Virus record (IMG/VR): IMGVR_UViG_3300045988_026745
Direction: 5' to 3' (one strand)
From: a virus
Length of the DNA: 62,363 bases
Part shown: in pieces, positions 59,933 to 62,363 of the stretch
Position numbering within the stretch: the first letter of the stretch is position 1
Layout: each line of letters starts with the position of its first letter
Notes under the pieces: model-generated
The model's database searches: none
What the model saw: only the letters and a program-made list of their open reading frames with translations
What the model was told of the DNA's origin: nothing
Made by a program: the position numbers and the translations under genes

Positions 59933-60412
59933 TTAATCCTCCGGATGTTCTTCTTCCGCGAATCTAGCAGCAAATCGGTCAACTTCCTGAACGACTTCCA
60001 TAGACTGTAAATATGCTGTTCGTCCTGTCTTTCCGTTGACTTCCCAATCGTACGGCCTAACATCCATATCAACACTGAGAATGTCAATGTCATCGATTAA
60101 GCCCACTACATCTTCACTAAGTTTTCTGACATTATTTCCACTCTTTAAATATATAGCAGGTCCTCTATCATTAAATTTGATTTTGACCGGAAGATACATG
60201 AATGGAGAATCGTCTTCATCTCTCGGTGGTTTGATCTTTACATTCCATCCTCTATCGACGAGATCGTTTGCCATGTCTTCATTCGGAATAATTAGAGCGA
60301 AGTTTCTATCACCCTCTCTGTTAAATTTAGACGGTTCTCCTTTGAAGTTTCTGTAAATGATTCTTGCTTCATCGATCTGTAAAATGTTTCTTGGTGCGAA
60401 TGTTAATTCCAT
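59933..60412 (-). CDS. ssDNA-binding protein candidate (DUF2815-like), 159 aa
   Basis: 'IIYRNFKGEPSKFNREGDRNFALIIP' and an acidic tail 'FAEEEHPED'. It sits in a replication module with helicase, nuclease and polymerase genes. This is a recall-level call. Confidence 0.45.
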   Translation of the reverse strand: MELTFAPRNILQIDEARIIYRNFKGEPSKFNREGDRNFALIIPNEDMANDLVDRGWNVKIKPPRDEDDSPFMYLPVKIKFNDRGPAIYLKSGNNVRKLSEDVVGLIDDIDILSVDMDVRPYDWEVNGKTGRTAYLQSMEVVQEVDRFAARFAEEEHPED

Positions 60413-60464
60413 AATTTTAATTCCTTTCTTCTTTTAAAAATATAAATGGATAAGTTTATAAAAA

Positions 60465-60497
60465 GAAAGACCCAACGTACAATACGCTGAGTCCTCC
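60465..60497 (-). terminator. Intrinsic terminator (same arms as 53186..53222)
   Basis: Minus strand: GACTCAGCGTA-TTG-TACGTTGGGTC hairpin followed by TTTCTTTTTAT. Confidence 0.7.
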
Positions 60498-60500
60498 GTT

Positions 60501-60680
60501 TTATTTCTGTTTGTTTAGTTTCTTGTCGATATCTTCTTTCACAAGTTTAGCCTTAGCAGCTACCGCTTGTCTTACTTCAGGTATGGCTAATGTTGTCGCT
60601 GCAAGTGTCACCGCAGGAACAACAATTTGTCCAATCCAAAGTCTAACCTCTCTAGCTGCTTCGATATGTTTGTACTTCAT
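60501..60680 (-). CDS. Small membrane protein (59 aa)
   Basis: Track ORF to 60689 (GTG). I prefer ATG 60680 after 'gaaaggagtgatattt', directly after module copy 11. Confidence 0.6.
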   Translation of the reverse strand: MKYKHIEAAREVRLWIGQIVVPAVTLAATTLAIPEVRQAVAAKAKLVKEDIDKKLNKQK

Positions 60681-60695
60681 AAATATCACTCCTTT

Positions 60696-60727
60696 CTCTC
60701 ATTAAAGGAGATGTAAATATCACGAAT
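60696..60727 (-). promoter_or_regulatory. Conserved promoter-like module, copy 11 (overlaps the replicase stop codon)
   Basis: Minus strand: ATTCGTGATATTTACATCTCCTTTAATGAGAG. Confidence 0.45.
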
Positions 60728-62363
60728 TATAAGAACGGTAACTCATCTTCGTCCGTATCCGGGATTGTCATAAAATCTGGTGTAGGCTCTGGCGGGATAT
60801 AAGGATCGTCTGAAACGAACCATTCGAAGTCTCCATATTTACTAATTACTTCGACAGCGTCGTCAGCAAGCTTATCATAGAATCTATAGTCAATATAATC
60901 TTTCTTGCCTATGTTTTTAACAACCTCGGACTCAAGCCAGCGATATCCAGTAGAGCCTGATGCTGCGTAGTTTTTACCTTCGTTAATACGGTAAAGCACA
61001 CCGCCACCATGGCCTGACTGAATAGGAGTGAACTGGCCTACTCTTCCTACAAAAATATAATTGTGTCCTGGCTCAATCAACTCTTTAAGTCTCATTGATT
61101 CAGGTTCGAATGTTGTGTCTGAAAGCTGACCTTTCTTATATTTACTCTCAAGTTTATCAAGTTCTTTCTCATACTCAGTCACATCTGGAAGATCTTCATT
61201 CATATCCAAATATAAAGATCCTTTAGCTACTGAGAAAGTTTCGCATAAGTCTTCAAACACAATGTCTTCATGACTGAATAAATTCTTGAATACATAAGGT
61301 ACAGCAAACTGTTTGCCTGTAGCCGTCCAAGAATCTTCAATATGCTTCTTATTATCTCCAGGAGCATATCCATACATAGCTTCGCATTCGTCAGGATCTT
61401 TATACTTAGCAATATAAACTGCGTCATTTACTAAGCACATACGATCGTATGTAGCTTCATGTTCGAATGTGTAGCCATATCTCTTACCGAATTCCATAAC
61501 AAATTCGATAATCTCCGGAGTAGCATCTGGAATCTTAATCGAGTCTGTCTTAATATGAGCAACAGTGAAGCCGCGTTCCTGTACTGCGTGTTTAAGATCC
61601 ACCATGAATAAAGCTCCACGTTTAGCAACAATATTGTCTTTGTTTCTCATATCACGGAATGGATTCTCAAAGCCAGCCGCTGTTAAACCGTATACTGAGT
61701 TAATAGCTGTCTTAAGCGCATTAGCAAGATCTCCAGATTTCATCTCACCGTTCTTAACCCTCTGAATATGTTTCGTAAGCTTACCATCGAGCATATGGTT
61801 AACTTCTTCCCAAGCTTCGTGTTTAATGTTTACACGACCCTCGACAATGTCTCGATAAGCTTTAGTGTATCTTATACCAAATAAACATTCAGCTATTGTG
61901 CTGTGTGGATGCATGGAAGCAACATCAAGTAAGGCTACATTACCGTACATACCTGGCTCAGCGTAAACATAGCCGCCCTCTCCGACTTCCTCATCACGAT
62001 ATGTAGATTTACCATACTCGTATTTATACCCAGGAAAATATGGTAAGAGCGACCCAGCTTCACCGTGAGTCTTTTCCATCATCTCAGGACAGGCTTCTGC
62101 TAAGAACTGATAAGTGTCTTCATCCAAATCCATTACAGGCTCTGCTAAATTACGATAATGGAATTCTTTTTGAGGTTTTTTATTACCACCAAATATGATT
62201 TTCTGAGTCAATGTGTTAGTCGTACTGTTAACTGACATCTCAGCTAAGTCTGCCAGAATCTCTCGTGCGGTCCAGTCAGCAGACAAATAATTAAACGCTG
62301 CTTCGGTTGCAATAACATCATCATCACAATATTCAGCGACTTCAACCCATTTTTCTTGTGGTA
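60727..62363 (-). CDS. Replicase polyprotein, C-terminal part: family-B DNA polymerase domain (joins 1..2600 across the junction)
   Basis: The track's start (62286, TTG) is internal; the frame stays open to the window end. Motifs: 'LLDVASMHPHS' (motif A, DxxSLYPS-like), 'LKTAINSVYG' (motif B, Kx3NSxYG), 'HIKTDSIKI' (motif C, DTDS-like), 'IAKYK' (KxY). Confidence 0.85.
   Translation of the reverse strand, partial: PQEKWVEVAEYCDDDVIATEAAFNYLSADWTAREILADLAEMSVNSTTNTLTQKIIFGGNKKPQKEFHYRNLAEPVMDLDEDTYQFLAEACPEMMEKTHGEAGSLLPYFPGYKYEYGKSTYRDEEVGEGGYVYAEPGMYGNVALLDVASMHPHSTIAECLFGIRYTKAYRDIVEGRVNIKHEAWEEVNHMLDGKLTKHIQRVKNGEMKSGDLANALKTAINSVYGLTAAGFENPFRDMRNKDNIVAKRGALFMVDLKHAVQERGFTVAHIKTDSIKIPDATPEIIEFVMEFGKRYGYTFEHEATYDRMCLVNDAVYIAKYKDPDECEAMYGYAPGDNKKHIEDSWTATGKQFAVPYVFKNLFSHEDIVFEDLCETFSVAKGSLYLDMNEDLPDVTEYEKELDKLESKYKKGQLSDTTFEPESMRLKELIEPGHNYIFVGRVGQFTPIQSGHGGGVLYRINEGKNYAASGSTGYRWLESEVVKNIGKKDYIDYRFYDKLADDAVEVISKYGDFEWFVSDDPYIPPEPTPDFMTIPDTDEDELPFL
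62309..62363. repeat. Terminal overlap copy 2 (circular-assembly junction)
   Basis: Exact copy of bases 1-55. Confidence 0.97.

Larger units (their letters stand above)
1..62363. mobile_element. Complete temperate phage/prophage genome (circular contig with 55-bp overlap)
   Basis: Full set of phage modules is present (integrase, repressor/Cro, replication, terS/terL, portal, capsid, tail, tape measure, fibres, holin). The two ends of the window are identical over 55 bp. Confidence 0.9.

Overview
This window looks like a complete, circularly closed genome of an AT-rich temperate siphovirus-type phage or prophage. Bases 1-55 are repeated exactly at 62309-62363, which leaves about 62,308 unique bp. 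The host is probably a Bacillota/Clostridia-type bacterium; I infer this from GGAGG-type ribosome-binding (SD) sites, a large serine integrase and the gene families present. All calls come from reading the sequence and the ORF track by eye. No database, HMM or folding tool was run, so every domain name is a motif-level call.

Only two genes are on the plus strand: an XRE-type repressor (12344..12730) and a serine integrase (12935..14581). Everything else runs on the minus strand, in this order:
1. A Cro-like gene and early genes, then about 9 kb of small promoter/terminator-bounded cassettes (12293->2619).
2. A 1,393-codon replicase ORF that crosses the contig junction (2600->1, then 62308->60727). 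It is missing from the ORF track. It combines an SF3 helicase, an AEP-like primase and a family-B DNA polymerase.
3. Replication, recombination and regulatory genes (60680->48633): an SSB-like protein, an SNF2-like helicase, a Bro-N protein, a degenerate ThyX-like protein, a mini-NrdR zinc ribbon, XRE and RHH regulators, a VRR-NUC nuclease, a PD-(D/E)XK nuclease and tRNA-Ile(UAU).
4. A 965-aa candidate YonO/RdRP-like two-barrel RNA polymerase (45732..48629).
5. terS, HNH, terL, portal, a protease-capsid fusion, tail, tape measure, tail fibre and holin genes (45135->14699).

The most interesting observations are:
- the RNA polymerase candidate;
- the fused replicase with an internal SD+ATG;
- a dispersed ~31-nt promoter-like module (at least 11 copies), four of which are followed directly by short structured leaders ending in T-tracts, an arrangement reminiscent of antitermination control;
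- three membrane-protein paralogues;
- three 'HHG-x-x-GMKWG' paralogues flanking terL, one of them split at an A6 run.
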